This document shows, piece after piece, positions 16,869 to 24,864 of a DNA stretch of 63,078 nt. The notes under the pieces are model-generated. The model saw only the letters and a program-made list of their open reading frames with translations. It was not told where the DNA came from and ran no database searches. Every line of letters starts with the position of its first letter. Positions within the stretch are counted from its first letter, which is position 1. A program made the position numbers and the translations under genes. The stretch covers positions 8,503 to 71,580 of the forward strand of contig CAZBKQ010000005.1 in NCBI GenBank assembly GCA_964492555.1. Reading direction: 5' to 3'. This DNA is from an uncultured Rhodospirillaceae bacterium. Lineage in GTDB: Bacteria > Pseudomonadota > Alphaproteobacteria > MPNO01 > UBA2964.

Positions 16869-17630
16869 ATGGGCAGGCTTGAGGGACGGGTGGCGATCAT
16901 AACCGGCGGCGCGCAAAGCATCGGCGCGGCGTTCGCCAAGGGGATGGCGGCGGAAGGCGCGAAGGTGGTTATCGCCGATCTGTCGCCGGCGGATGACATC
17001 GTCAACATCATCAAACAGGCGGGTGGCGAGGCCATGTCCGTGACCGCCGACGTAACCGATGAGGCGGCCTGCGAAAACATGGTGGCAGAGGCCGTGAAGG
17101 CTTATGGCAAGCTGGATATTCTGGTCGCCAATGCCGGTATCTGGGTACAGCTCGGCCGGGAGGACGCGACGGAAATCGACGGTGATACCTGGGACAAGGT
17201 GATGAACGTCAACGTCAAGGGTACCTGGCTGTCCGCCAAGGCGGCGATCCCGCAAATGGTCGAACAGGGTTACGGCAAGATCATCACCCTGACATCGACC
17301 CGCGCGATCAAGGGTGGGGCCAATATGCTACATTATGACGCCTCAAAGGGGGCGATCATGGCGATGACGAAAAGCCTTGCCCGCGAATGGGGCCCGAAGG
17401 GCATCCGCGTAAATTCCATCGCGCCCGGCGCGACCGATACCGAATTCAGCCTGGCCCATATGGATGCGGTGCAGGAGGAACGGCGCAAGCTGACCCCGCA
17501 GACGCGGTCGATCAAACGCGCGCAGGACGCGGAAGACCTGGTCGGGACCTGTATCTTTTTGTCATCCGGCGCGTCCGATTTCATGACTGCCCAGACTGTC
17601 CCCGTCGAAGGTGGCGCAGTCTTCTGGTAG
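16869..17630 (+). CDS. SDR oxidoreductase, paralog 2
   Basis: 253 aa from the ATG at 16869, 1 nt after the UbiD-3 stop (the track ORF 16755 includes a spurious overlap). Motifs TGGAQSIG and YDASK. Confidence 0.9.
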   Translation: MGRLEGRVAIITGGAQSIGAAFAKGMAAEGAKVVIADLSPADDIVNIIKQAGGEAMSVTADVTDEAACENMVAEAVKAYGKLDILVANAGIWVQLGREDATEIDGDTWDKVMNVNVKGTWLSAKAAIPQMVEQGYGKIITLTSTRAIKGGANMLHYDASKGAIMAMTKSLAREWGPKGIRVNSIAPGATDTEFSLAHMDAVQEERRKLTPQTRSIKRAQDAEDLVGTCIFLSSGASDFMTAQTVPVEGGAVFW

Positions 17631-17639
17631 GAGAGAATT

Positions 17640-18404
17640 ATGGTTTCGATATCCGATTACGAACCGGTCGTGCCGCGCGCGCGGCTCGGCTTCATCATCC
17701 CGGCTTCCAACCGCATGGTGGAACCGCAAGTGCAGCATTTCTGCCCGGACGGCGTGGTGCCGCATTTCGCCCGCGCGGGCATCACCAACCGTCATGCCGC
17801 GCCGCTGGCGGAGCTCAAGCAACGGATCGCCTATCAGGCGGAATTGCTGGGCGATTCAAAGGTCGACGTGGTGGTGCTGCAATGTACCGGGACGTCCATG
17901 GGCGACGGACCCGAAGCCGAACAGGAAGTTGTCGCCGCAATGGCGGAGGCCGCCGGTACGGCGGCGTTGTCCACCGCGCGCTGTGTAACCGCGGCGCTGA
18001 ACGCGCTGGGCGCGCGCAAGCTGGTATTCGCGTCCGAATCCAAAGAGGCGGGGCACGCCAAGAAGGAACGCTATCTGGAGGGCGAGGGGTATGAGCTTGT
18101 CCGGAGCAAGGGCATGGCGCTGCCCGGCAGTGATTATTCCTGTACCACTCCGGCGGAATACTGGTTCGACGCGTTGGGGGAGATGAAGGACGCGGCAGCG
18201 GAGGCCTTTTTTATTTCCTGCGCCAATGTGCATGCCACCTACAAAATTCCGGAGCTCGAAGAAGCGCTTGGCGCGCCGGTGCTGACCAGCAATCAGGCGG
18301 CGCTCTGGTGCGCGCTGCGGACCGCCGGTATCGAGGACGATATCCCCGGTCTGGGGAGTCTGTTTCGTCATCAAATGACCGCCACAGCGGCGGCGGCGGA
18401 ATAG
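17640..18404 (+). CDS. Asp/Glu/hydantoin-racemase superfamily protein, maleate cis-trans isomerase / arylmalonate decarboxylase-like
   Basis: 254 aa. Motif RLGFIIPASN. Two candidate catalytic Cys residues, VVLQC(82)TGTS and FISC(194)ANVH, match the two-Cys isomerase/racemase pattern rather than the one-Cys AMDase pattern. Confidence 0.7.
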   Translation: MVSISDYEPVVPRARLGFIIPASNRMVEPQVQHFCPDGVVPHFARAGITNRHAAPLAELKQRIAYQAELLGDSKVDVVVLQCTGTSMGDGPEAEQEVVAAMAEAAGTAALSTARCVTAALNALGARKLVFASESKEAGHAKKERYLEGEGYELVRSKGMALPGSDYSCTTPAEYWFDALGEMKDAAAEAFFISCANVHATYKIPELEEALGAPVLTSNQAALWCALRTAGIEDDIPGLGSLFRHQMTATAAAAE

Positions 18405-18524
18405 TCGGGTCCGGCCGGCATTCGAACGCCGCGTGAAAAAGCTGGAGGCGTTTTGACGTCGCCGGTTTCGTATTAAGCTACGCACAACGCGTACCTATCG
18501 GGTCGGAAAAGACGGGAGGGACAC

Positions 18525-19409
18525 ATGGCTGCCAGGAAATTCAATCGCGCGCAGGAAGATGTCGGCAATATCGTCGGGCTGGAGCACATGAATGTGCTGA
18601 TCGGCGATCAGATCAAGGCGACCCTGTTTTATGTGAAAGGGCTGGGGTTCACCCGCGACCCCTATATGATGACCAGCGTCGATAATATGTGGATCAATCT
18701 GGGGCGCAGCCAGTTCCACCTGCCGACCGGAAAGCCGCAGGTTCTGCGCGGCAGGACCGGGCTGGTGGTCTCAAGCCACGAAAAGCTGCTTGAGCGGCTG
18801 AAATCGGTGCGCCAGGACCTTTCGGGAACCAAGTTCAAATATGCGACCGACAAGAAACGCAAGGTGGTTGATGTTGTCTGCCCCTGGGGCAACCGCTTCC
18901 GTTGTCACGAGGCGGGCGCGTTTGGCAAGATGCGGGTCGGCATGCCCTATATCCAGTTCGATGTGCGCACCGGAACCGCCGCCGGTATCGCGCGGTTTTA
19001 CAAGGAAATGCTGGGCGCGCCGGGACACGTCGGCAAATGGGACGGGGCGAAGGCGGCCATCGTTCAGGCCGGTACGGATCAGAGCCTGGTTTTCCGTGAA
19101 AAGCGCGGGCCGGAGGCGAAGTTCGACGGACACCACATCCAGATCTATATCGTGGATTTTTCAGGCCCCTATAACCGGCTGATGGAACGCGGTTTGGTGA
19201 GCGAGGAAAGCAATCAGTACCAGTACCGCTTCGTCGATATTACCGATCTCGACAGCGGTGAGTTGCTGTTCAAGATCGATCACGAGGTCCGGGCGCTGTC
19301 GCACCCGATGTATGGGCGGCCCTTTGTGAACCGAAACCCGGACCAGCACATAAGACGTTTCGTCGACGGCTATGAGACCACGCCCTGGCTGCAGCCGGCC
19401 GGGGCCTAA
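18525..19409 (+). CDS. Conserved protein with a VOC (glyoxalase/dioxygenase)-like N-terminal module; function unknown
   Basis: 294 aa. Strong RBS GGGAGGG. LEHMNVLIGDQIKATLFYVKGLGFTRDP resembles the first beta-alpha-beta-beta-beta VOC module. I recognise no complete characterised family, so the coding call is strong and the function call is weak. Confidence 0.5.
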   Translation: MAARKFNRAQEDVGNIVGLEHMNVLIGDQIKATLFYVKGLGFTRDPYMMTSVDNMWINLGRSQFHLPTGKPQVLRGRTGLVVSSHEKLLERLKSVRQDLSGTKFKYATDKKRKVVDVVCPWGNRFRCHEAGAFGKMRVGMPYIQFDVRTGTAAGIARFYKEMLGAPGHVGKWDGAKAAIVQAGTDQSLVFREKRGPEAKFDGHHIQIYIVDFSGPYNRLMERGLVSEESNQYQYRFVDITDLDSGELLFKIDHEVRALSHPMYGRPFVNRNPDQHIRRFVDGYETTPWLQPAGA

Positions 19410-19416
19410 ATAAGCC

Positions 19417-20412
19417 GTGACGAATATTCCGATTGCGGTCGCCTGCGGTCCCTATGACCACATGGAGGCATTGTCGCGCGGGCTGGTGCAACCGACCGGC
19501 ATTGATGTGACCTATCTCGGCATTCAATCACCGCCCGAAATCTTTGCCCGGATGATAAAGACCAATGCTTTTGACATTTCCGAAATGTCGCTGTCTTCCT
19601 ATTTCAACCTTCGTTCCAAGGGTGATTTCCCCTTTATCGCCCTGCCGGTGTTTCCCTGCCGTGTTTTCCGTCACGCCTATATTTATGTAAACCGCGACGC
19701 CGCAATTTCCGGGGCCAGGGACCTTGAAGGCAAAAATATCGGCGTGCAGCAATATCGTCAGACGGCGGCCACCTGGATTCGGGGCATTCTCGCGCAGGAA
19801 TACAGCGTTGATTTTTCCGGGGTAACCTGGGTCGAGGGCGGTGTGAATGTCTCGCGTCCGCCGGACAAGGACATGGATTTGATGCCGGGGGCGCAGATCG
19901 ATATAGCGTCCGCGCCGCCCGGAAGATCGATCAATGATTTGCTGCAGTCGGGAGACATCGCGGCCTATTTCGGCGCGCGAACGCCGGACTGTTTTCGCAC
20001 CCACGATAATATTGTTCGACTGTTTCCCGATTATCGCAAAGTCGAACGCGCCTATTATGACAAGACCGGCATTTTTCCGATCATGCATACGCTGGTCATC
20101 CGCGAGGAATTGCACCGCGAAAAACCCTGGATCGCGGAGAACATGGTGGAGGCATTCGAGGCGTCCAAGCGGTGGGCGCTGGACCACATGCGTTTCACCG
20201 GCACCATGCGCTACATGGTACCGTGGCTTAATCACGAGTTGGAAGAGGTGGACGAGATGTTTGCCGGCGGTGATCCCTATCCCAACGGGGTCGAGCCAAA
20301 CCGGAAGGTTCTTGAGACCCTGATGCAATATCTGGTTGATCAGGCTTTTGTTGCGCCGCCGCCGCCGGCCATCGATGATTATTTCGTACCGATGGTCGCC
20401 TGGGCGGAATAG
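19417..20412 (+). CDS. 4,5-dihydroxyphthalate decarboxylase-like protein (PhtD/Pht5 family, periplasmic-binding-protein-like fold)
   Basis: 331 aa with a GTG start. The N-terminus AVACGPYDHMEALSRGLVQPTGIDVTY...PEIFARM...FDISEMSLSSY...FRHAYIYV matches my recollection of Pht5/PhtD sequences. Confidence 0.6.
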   Translation: MTNIPIAVACGPYDHMEALSRGLVQPTGIDVTYLGIQSPPEIFARMIKTNAFDISEMSLSSYFNLRSKGDFPFIALPVFPCRVFRHAYIYVNRDAAISGARDLEGKNIGVQQYRQTAATWIRGILAQEYSVDFSGVTWVEGGVNVSRPPDKDMDLMPGAQIDIASAPPGRSINDLLQSGDIAAYFGARTPDCFRTHDNIVRLFPDYRKVERAYYDKTGIFPIMHTLVIREELHREKPWIAENMVEAFEASKRWALDHMRFTGTMRYMVPWLNHELEEVDEMFAGGDPYPNGVEPNRKVLETLMQYLVDQAFVAPPPPAIDDYFVPMVAWAE

Positions 20413-20429
20413 GCGGCGGTTGCCGGAAT

Positions 20430-21227
20430 TCAGGCCGCCAGCGCGTCTCCCGAAACCTTGCAGCGGCGCAAACGCCGGTCATCGCCAAGCTCGAAATGCG
20501 TGCGCGCGTGGATGGTCGAAAGATTATCCCAGACGATAAAATCGTCGGGCTTCCAGGGATGTTCGTAGATGAATTCCCGCTTTTCGGCGTGATCGAAAAC
20601 AGGTTCGAGAATGGCGCGGCTTTCGGCCTCATCCAGCCCCTCAATCTGACAGGTCATCAGACGGTTGACGAACAGAGCCTGTCGACCGGTATGCGGGTGG
20701 GTAACCACCGCCGGATGCCAGGCATGTTCGATCTCGTCGAGCTTGGCCAGGTCGGGGCGTTCGATGGTTGCATAGTCATAGACATTTAGCGCTCTTTTCC
20801 CATCCAGCGCCGTTTTCAACTCATCGGGCAGGGTATTCCAGGCCGCGTACATATCGCCCCACATCGTGTGCCCTCCTACCTTTGGAACCGCGACGGCGTA
20901 CAGCATGGTGAATTTGTCGGGCTCCGGCGTGTAACAGGTATCGTGATGAAACCACATTTCCCCATCCGGAATGATTCCGGTCGGCACGCCCTTTTCGTCC
21001 CTTATATTGCTGACATAGGCGATACCCGGCGTGTCGTAGGAGCTTTCGGGTGAAAAGTAATTATCCGGCAGTTTGCGCCGCCGGACCGGACCAAGCGCCT
21101 TGGCGAAAGCGAGCTGCTCCGGCGCCTCGAATGTCTGTTCCGGGAACAACACCATCTGATAGGCGTAGATGATCTCGCGCAGTTCGGCCGCCAGAGATTC
21201 GTCCGGCGTGTTGCTGAAGTTCAGCAC
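20430..21227 (-). CDS. TauD/TfdA-family Fe(II)/2OG dioxygenase (paralog 5), apparently 5'-truncated or frameshifted
   Basis: 265 aa from the GTG at 21227. Motifs MWFHHDT (HxD), GGHTMWGD and WDNLSTIHAR. Conserved N-terminal residues continue in frame upstream without a start codon, and the only ATG (21271) is out of frame. Confidence 0.7.
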   Translation of the reverse strand: MLNFSNTPDESLAAELREIIYAYQMVLFPEQTFEAPEQLAFAKALGPVRRRKLPDNYFSPESSYDTPGIAYVSNIRDEKGVPTGIIPDGEMWFHHDTCYTPEPDKFTMLYAVAVPKVGGHTMWGDMYAAWNTLPDELKTALDGKRALNVYDYATIERPDLAKLDEIEHAWHPAVVTHPHTGRQALFVNRLMTCQIEGLDEAESRAILEPVFDHAEKREFIYEHPWKPDDFIVWDNLSTIHARTHFELGDDRRLRRCKVSGDALAA

Positions 21228-21344
21228 TTCGATACGTGCCCCAAGCGGCGCATCAAGCGGTAAATTTTCATTGGTGACAAATCGCGATCTGTAATGCGGT
21301 ATAAGTTAATTTTAGAATCACATGCGGAAAAAACCAAAGCCATC

Positions 21345-21872
21345 GTGACCAGGAATTTTCAGATACGGCAATCCGCCGCAAAAGATAATCCGGCGATCCT
21401 CTCGCTATATCCGCGCGCCTTTCCGGAGGAAGAGTTGCGGCCGCTGGTCACGGCATTGCTTGAACCCGGTGAGCCGGTCCTGTCTCTGATCGCGGAAGAC
21501 GAGGGGGAAATCGTCGGCCATGTCTGTTTTACCCGCTGCGGTATCGTCGGTGGAAACGATCCGCTCGCGCTGCTGGGACCGCTCGCGGTTTCGCCCCCGC
21601 GCCAGAAACAGGGCATTGGCAGCGCGCTGATCGGGGAGGGAAACACCCGCATGGCGGAAGATGGCGTATGCCGGGTGCTGGTGCTGGGCGATCCGGCTTA
21701 TTACGGGCGGTTCGGATTTGCTGAAGAATCCGGGATCGAAACACCAATCCCGATCCCGCCGGAGTGGCATTCGGCTTGGCAATCTCTGGCATTGGGCGGC
21801 GAAAAGTCGGCCATTGAGGGCCTGCTCGATGTGCCTTCCCCGTGGGGCGAACCAGACCTTTGGGCCTCTTGA
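21345..21872 (+). CDS. GNAT-family N-acetyltransferase (YhbS-like)
   Basis: Motifs LGPLAVSPPRQKQGIGSALI and VLVLGDPAYYGRFGF match YhbS-type GNATs. The start is uncertain: GTG 21345 aligns best with YhbS, and the track ORF starts at ATG 21294. Confidence 0.75.
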   Translation: MTRNFQIRQSAAKDNPAILSLYPRAFPEEELRPLVTALLEPGEPVLSLIAEDEGEIVGHVCFTRCGIVGGNDPLALLGPLAVSPPRQKQGIGSALIGEGNTRMAEDGVCRVLVLGDPAYYGRFGFAEESGIETPIPIPPEWHSAWQSLALGGEKSAIEGLLDVPSPWGEPDLWAS

Positions 21873-21942
21873 TGGCGGCGGTTGATCGCGCGGCGAGTTG
21901 CGGCCACACTGCGCCGAATTTCGGAGAACGCTGGAGAATAAA

Positions 21943-22701
21943 ATGGGCCGGGTAGACGGACGGGTAATCATTGTGACGGGCGCGGCGCAGGGGCTGGGTG
22001 CGACCTATGCGCGCGCGCTGGCGGCGGAAGGCGGCAAGATTTGCGTGTCTGACCTTGTCAGCAGCGCGTCAGTGGTTGAGGAGATCAGGGCGGCCGGTGG
22101 CGAGGCGATCGATGTTCCGGCGGATGTCTCCGATGAGGCGGCTTGCGAGAATATGGTGGCCAAAACGGTCGAGGCATTCGGGCGCGTCGATGTGCTGGTC
22201 AATAACGCGGCGATCTTTACCGCCGTCGAACGCAAGAAGTTCGATGAAATTCCGGTCGAGGAGTGGGACAAGATGCACGCGGTGAATGTGCGCGGCACCT
22301 GGCTATGCTGCAAGGCGGCGGTGCCCGAAATGCGCAAGAACGGCTATGGCAAGATCGTCAATATTTCCACCAGCCGTGTGTTTCAGGGCGTGCCGTTTTT
22401 TCTGCATTACGATTCCACCAAGGGCGCGATCGTCGGGATTACCCGAGGCCTCTCGAAGGAACTCGGCGAGGACAATATCTGCGTCAATGCCGTCGCGCCC
22501 GGCTCGACCCTGAGTGAAAATGTAAAAAAGCGCACCAACTGGATGGGGTCCGGCAAAGCGGCGCAACTGTCCAACCGGGCGATCAAGCGCGAACAATTCC
22601 CGGAAGATCTGGTGGGGTCGGTAATTTTCCTCGCCTCTGGAGAAAGCGATTTCATGACCGGCCAGACATTGCTGATCGATGGCGGTATTTCCGCGCATTG
22701 A
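21943..22701 (+). CDS. SDR oxidoreductase, paralog 3
   Basis: 252 aa from the ATG at 21943 (MGRVDGRVIIVTGAAQGLG). Motifs NNAA and YDSTK. It closely resembles the SDR at 7562. Confidence 0.9.
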   Translation: MGRVDGRVIIVTGAAQGLGATYARALAAEGGKICVSDLVSSASVVEEIRAAGGEAIDVPADVSDEAACENMVAKTVEAFGRVDVLVNNAAIFTAVERKKFDEIPVEEWDKMHAVNVRGTWLCCKAAVPEMRKNGYGKIVNISTSRVFQGVPFFLHYDSTKGAIVGITRGLSKELGEDNICVNAVAPGSTLSENVKKRTNWMGSGKAAQLSNRAIKREQFPEDLVGSVIFLASGESDFMTGQTLLIDGGISAH

Positions 22702-22794
22702 TTTGGAATTGCGTCAATCCGCGCCCCTTGGCCAATATCCGCCGCTGCGCTATAGCAGGGGCCAAATCCATATCTAAGACAAAGGAATTGAACC

Positions 22795-24444
22795 GTGGCG
22801 ATTGAACCCCGCAAGCTGGAACGCGGCTATCCCGATCTGCATGACCATTTGAAGGCGCTGGACGAAGCCGGTCTTCTGGTCACTATCGACCGTGAAATCA
22901 ACAAGGATACCGAGCTGCATCCGCTGGTGCGCTGGCAGTTCCGCGGCGGCATAGAGGAAAAGGACCGCAAGGCGTTCCTGTTCACCAATGTCGTCGATTC
23001 CCAGGGCAACAAATATGACATTCCGGTCGCGGTCGGTGTTCTTGCCGCCAACCGGCAGATCTATTCCATGGGGATGGGCTGCCCGGTGGAAGACGTTCAG
23101 GCGCGATGGCAGGAAGCCATCTCCAACCCCATTCCGCCCCGGGAGGTGTCTTCCGAAGAGGCGCCGTGCCACGAAATCATTATCGAGGGTGAGGATCTGG
23201 ACAAGCCGGGCAACGGGCTCGACGCGCTGCCCGTGCCGATCTCCACGCCGGGCTGGGATGTCGGACCGGTGGCGACGCTGACGCAATATGTCACCAAGGA
23301 CCCCGATACCGGTCTGCAGAATATGGGCAATTACCGCGCCCAGGTGAAGGGACCCAAACGTATGGGTATGAACCCTTCGCTGGAGCTGCGCCCCGGCATT
23401 TATCTTCATTGGGAAAAGCAGCGCGCCAAGGGAGAGCCGCTGGAAGCCGCCGTCGTTCTCGGCGGGCCGAGTTGCACGACTTTTACCTCCGCGCAGAAGC
23501 TTTCCGAGAATATGGAAGAGCTTCATGTCGCGGGCGGGCTGGTCGGCGCGCCGGTCAATGTGGTGAAGGCGCGAACGGTCGACCTTTGGGTCCCGGCGGA
23601 GGCCGAAATCATCATCGAGGGCAAGATCAGCACCGACATGCTGGAGCCCGAAGCGCCGTTCGGTGAATCCCACGGTCATGTGAATCTTCAGGAATTCAAC
23701 GCCTATATGGATGTGACCTGTATCACGCGGCGGTCGAACGCGGTGCTGACCTCGATCATCAGTCAGGTTACGCCGTCGGAATCCTCCTGCATCAAGCAGG
23801 TGGCATACGAAACCATCTTCATGGATCACCTGCAGAACGCGCTTGGTGTAAAGGGCGTGAAGAAGGTCACGATGCATGAGCCGCTGACCAATATCCGCAA
23901 GGTGATCGCGGTGGTCTGCGAACGCGGCATGCCGGCAACCGAGGTCTGGCGCGCGCTCTATGGCACGGCGACGCTGCTGCGCGCGGGCGGCAAGTTCGTC
24001 ATCGCGGTCAATGATGATATCGATCCGTCAAACGCCGATGCGCTCTTGTGGGCGATGTCGTATCGCTGCAACCCGATCCTCGACATGCAGGTGCTGCCGC
24101 ATCGCGATCAGGGGCACGGGCCGCGCTCGAAACGCAATAACGGCGAGGACGGTTCCGTCCTGTTTGATGCGACTCTCAAGGAAAATTTCCCGCCGATTTC
24201 GCTGCCGAAGCGCGAATTTATGGAAAACGCCAAGGAAATCTGGGAAGAGCTCGATCTGCCGGCGCTCAAGCCTCAGGAACCGTGGTTCGGCTATTCGCTG
24301 GGCGAATGGGAGGACGAATTCGACGAGGCCGCCGATATGGCGACGCGCGGCGAATACTGGGCCTATGGCGAACGCATCGCTCAGCGCCGCCGCAACGATG
24401 TTCCGATGAATACGGAAGTCCGCGACGTCGACGAGACGAAATAG
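22795..24444 (+). CDS. UbiD-family decarboxylase, long form (paralog 4)
   Basis: 549 aa with a GTG start. Motifs INKDTELHPLVRWQFRGG, EPEAPFGESHGHVNLQEFN, and the shared C-terminal extension LPKREFME...PWFGYSLGEW. Confidence 0.88.
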   Translation: MAIEPRKLERGYPDLHDHLKALDEAGLLVTIDREINKDTELHPLVRWQFRGGIEEKDRKAFLFTNVVDSQGNKYDIPVAVGVLAANRQIYSMGMGCPVEDVQARWQEAISNPIPPREVSSEEAPCHEIIIEGEDLDKPGNGLDALPVPISTPGWDVGPVATLTQYVTKDPDTGLQNMGNYRAQVKGPKRMGMNPSLELRPGIYLHWEKQRAKGEPLEAAVVLGGPSCTTFTSAQKLSENMEELHVAGGLVGAPVNVVKARTVDLWVPAEAEIIIEGKISTDMLEPEAPFGESHGHVNLQEFNAYMDVTCITRRSNAVLTSIISQVTPSESSCIKQVAYETIFMDHLQNALGVKGVKKVTMHEPLTNIRKVIAVVCERGMPATEVWRALYGTATLLRAGGKFVIAVNDDIDPSNADALLWAMSYRCNPILDMQVLPHRDQGHGPRSKRNNGEDGSVLFDATLKENFPPISLPKREFMENAKEIWEELDLPALKPQEPWFGYSLGEWEDEFDEAADMATRGEYWAYGERIAQRRRNDVPMNTEVRDVDETK

Positions 24445-24457
24445 AGGTTATTTCATT

Positions 24458-24480
24458 TGCGGTCCGGCCCGCATTTCTTC
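24458..24480 (+). terminator. Weak candidate terminator after UbiD-4
   Basis: tgcgg (24458-62) / ccgca (24469-73), a 5-bp stem with a 6-nt loop, followed by tttcttc. Confidence 0.3.
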
Positions 24481-24544
24481 CTGGCCATCCATTGAGGATA
24501 CTCCCGTGGGTGGCCGGGAGGGGAAGCGGGCCGGTGCGTCTTAA

Positions 24545-24835
24545 TTACCGGCAGGCGAAAATCGCATAGAAGCTCAATATGCCCGCGAGAAGCGTTATCG
24601 CCGTGACGATGGTAAATCGCCAGGCCCAGCCCTGACCGCGCTTGTCGAAATACAGATCGGGTTTCAGCAGATATGACGGCTTGATGTGGTTCTTCTTGCG
24701 GAACCACATATGTTTCGGCGGGGGCGGCGGCTCCAGCAGATGCTCGTTCAGCTTGCGCGACAAAACCGCCATGCAGGCGGACCCGCCGAGAAACATCCAG
24801 ATCAGGATTTTCGAGTATTCCTCAATACCGCACAT
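24545..24835 (-). CDS. Small hypothetical membrane protein (two predicted TM segments)
   Basis: 96 aa. Hydrophobic segments ILIWMFLGGSACMAVL and FTIVTAITLLAGILSFYAIFA. It lies 29 nt downstream of the OCD gene on the same strand, with GAGAG upstream of the ATG. I recognise no family. Confidence 0.4.
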   Translation of the reverse strand: MCGIEEYSKILIWMFLGGSACMAVLSRKLNEHLLEPPPPPKHMWFRKKNHIKPSYLLKPDLYFDKRGQGWAWRFTIVTAITLLAGILSFYAIFACR

Positions 24836-24864
24836 AATTTATCTCTCGGTGCGATTTCGAAAAA

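Noticed and set aside
19417-20412. Calling the 15374-20412 operon a phthalate (pht/oph) degradation operon because of the PhtD-like decarboxylase.
   Set aside because: The window contains no phthalate dioxygenase (Rieske alpha subunit plus reductase), no cis-dihydrodiol dehydrogenase and no phthalate transporter or regulator. Only the family resemblance of one gene supports the assignment.
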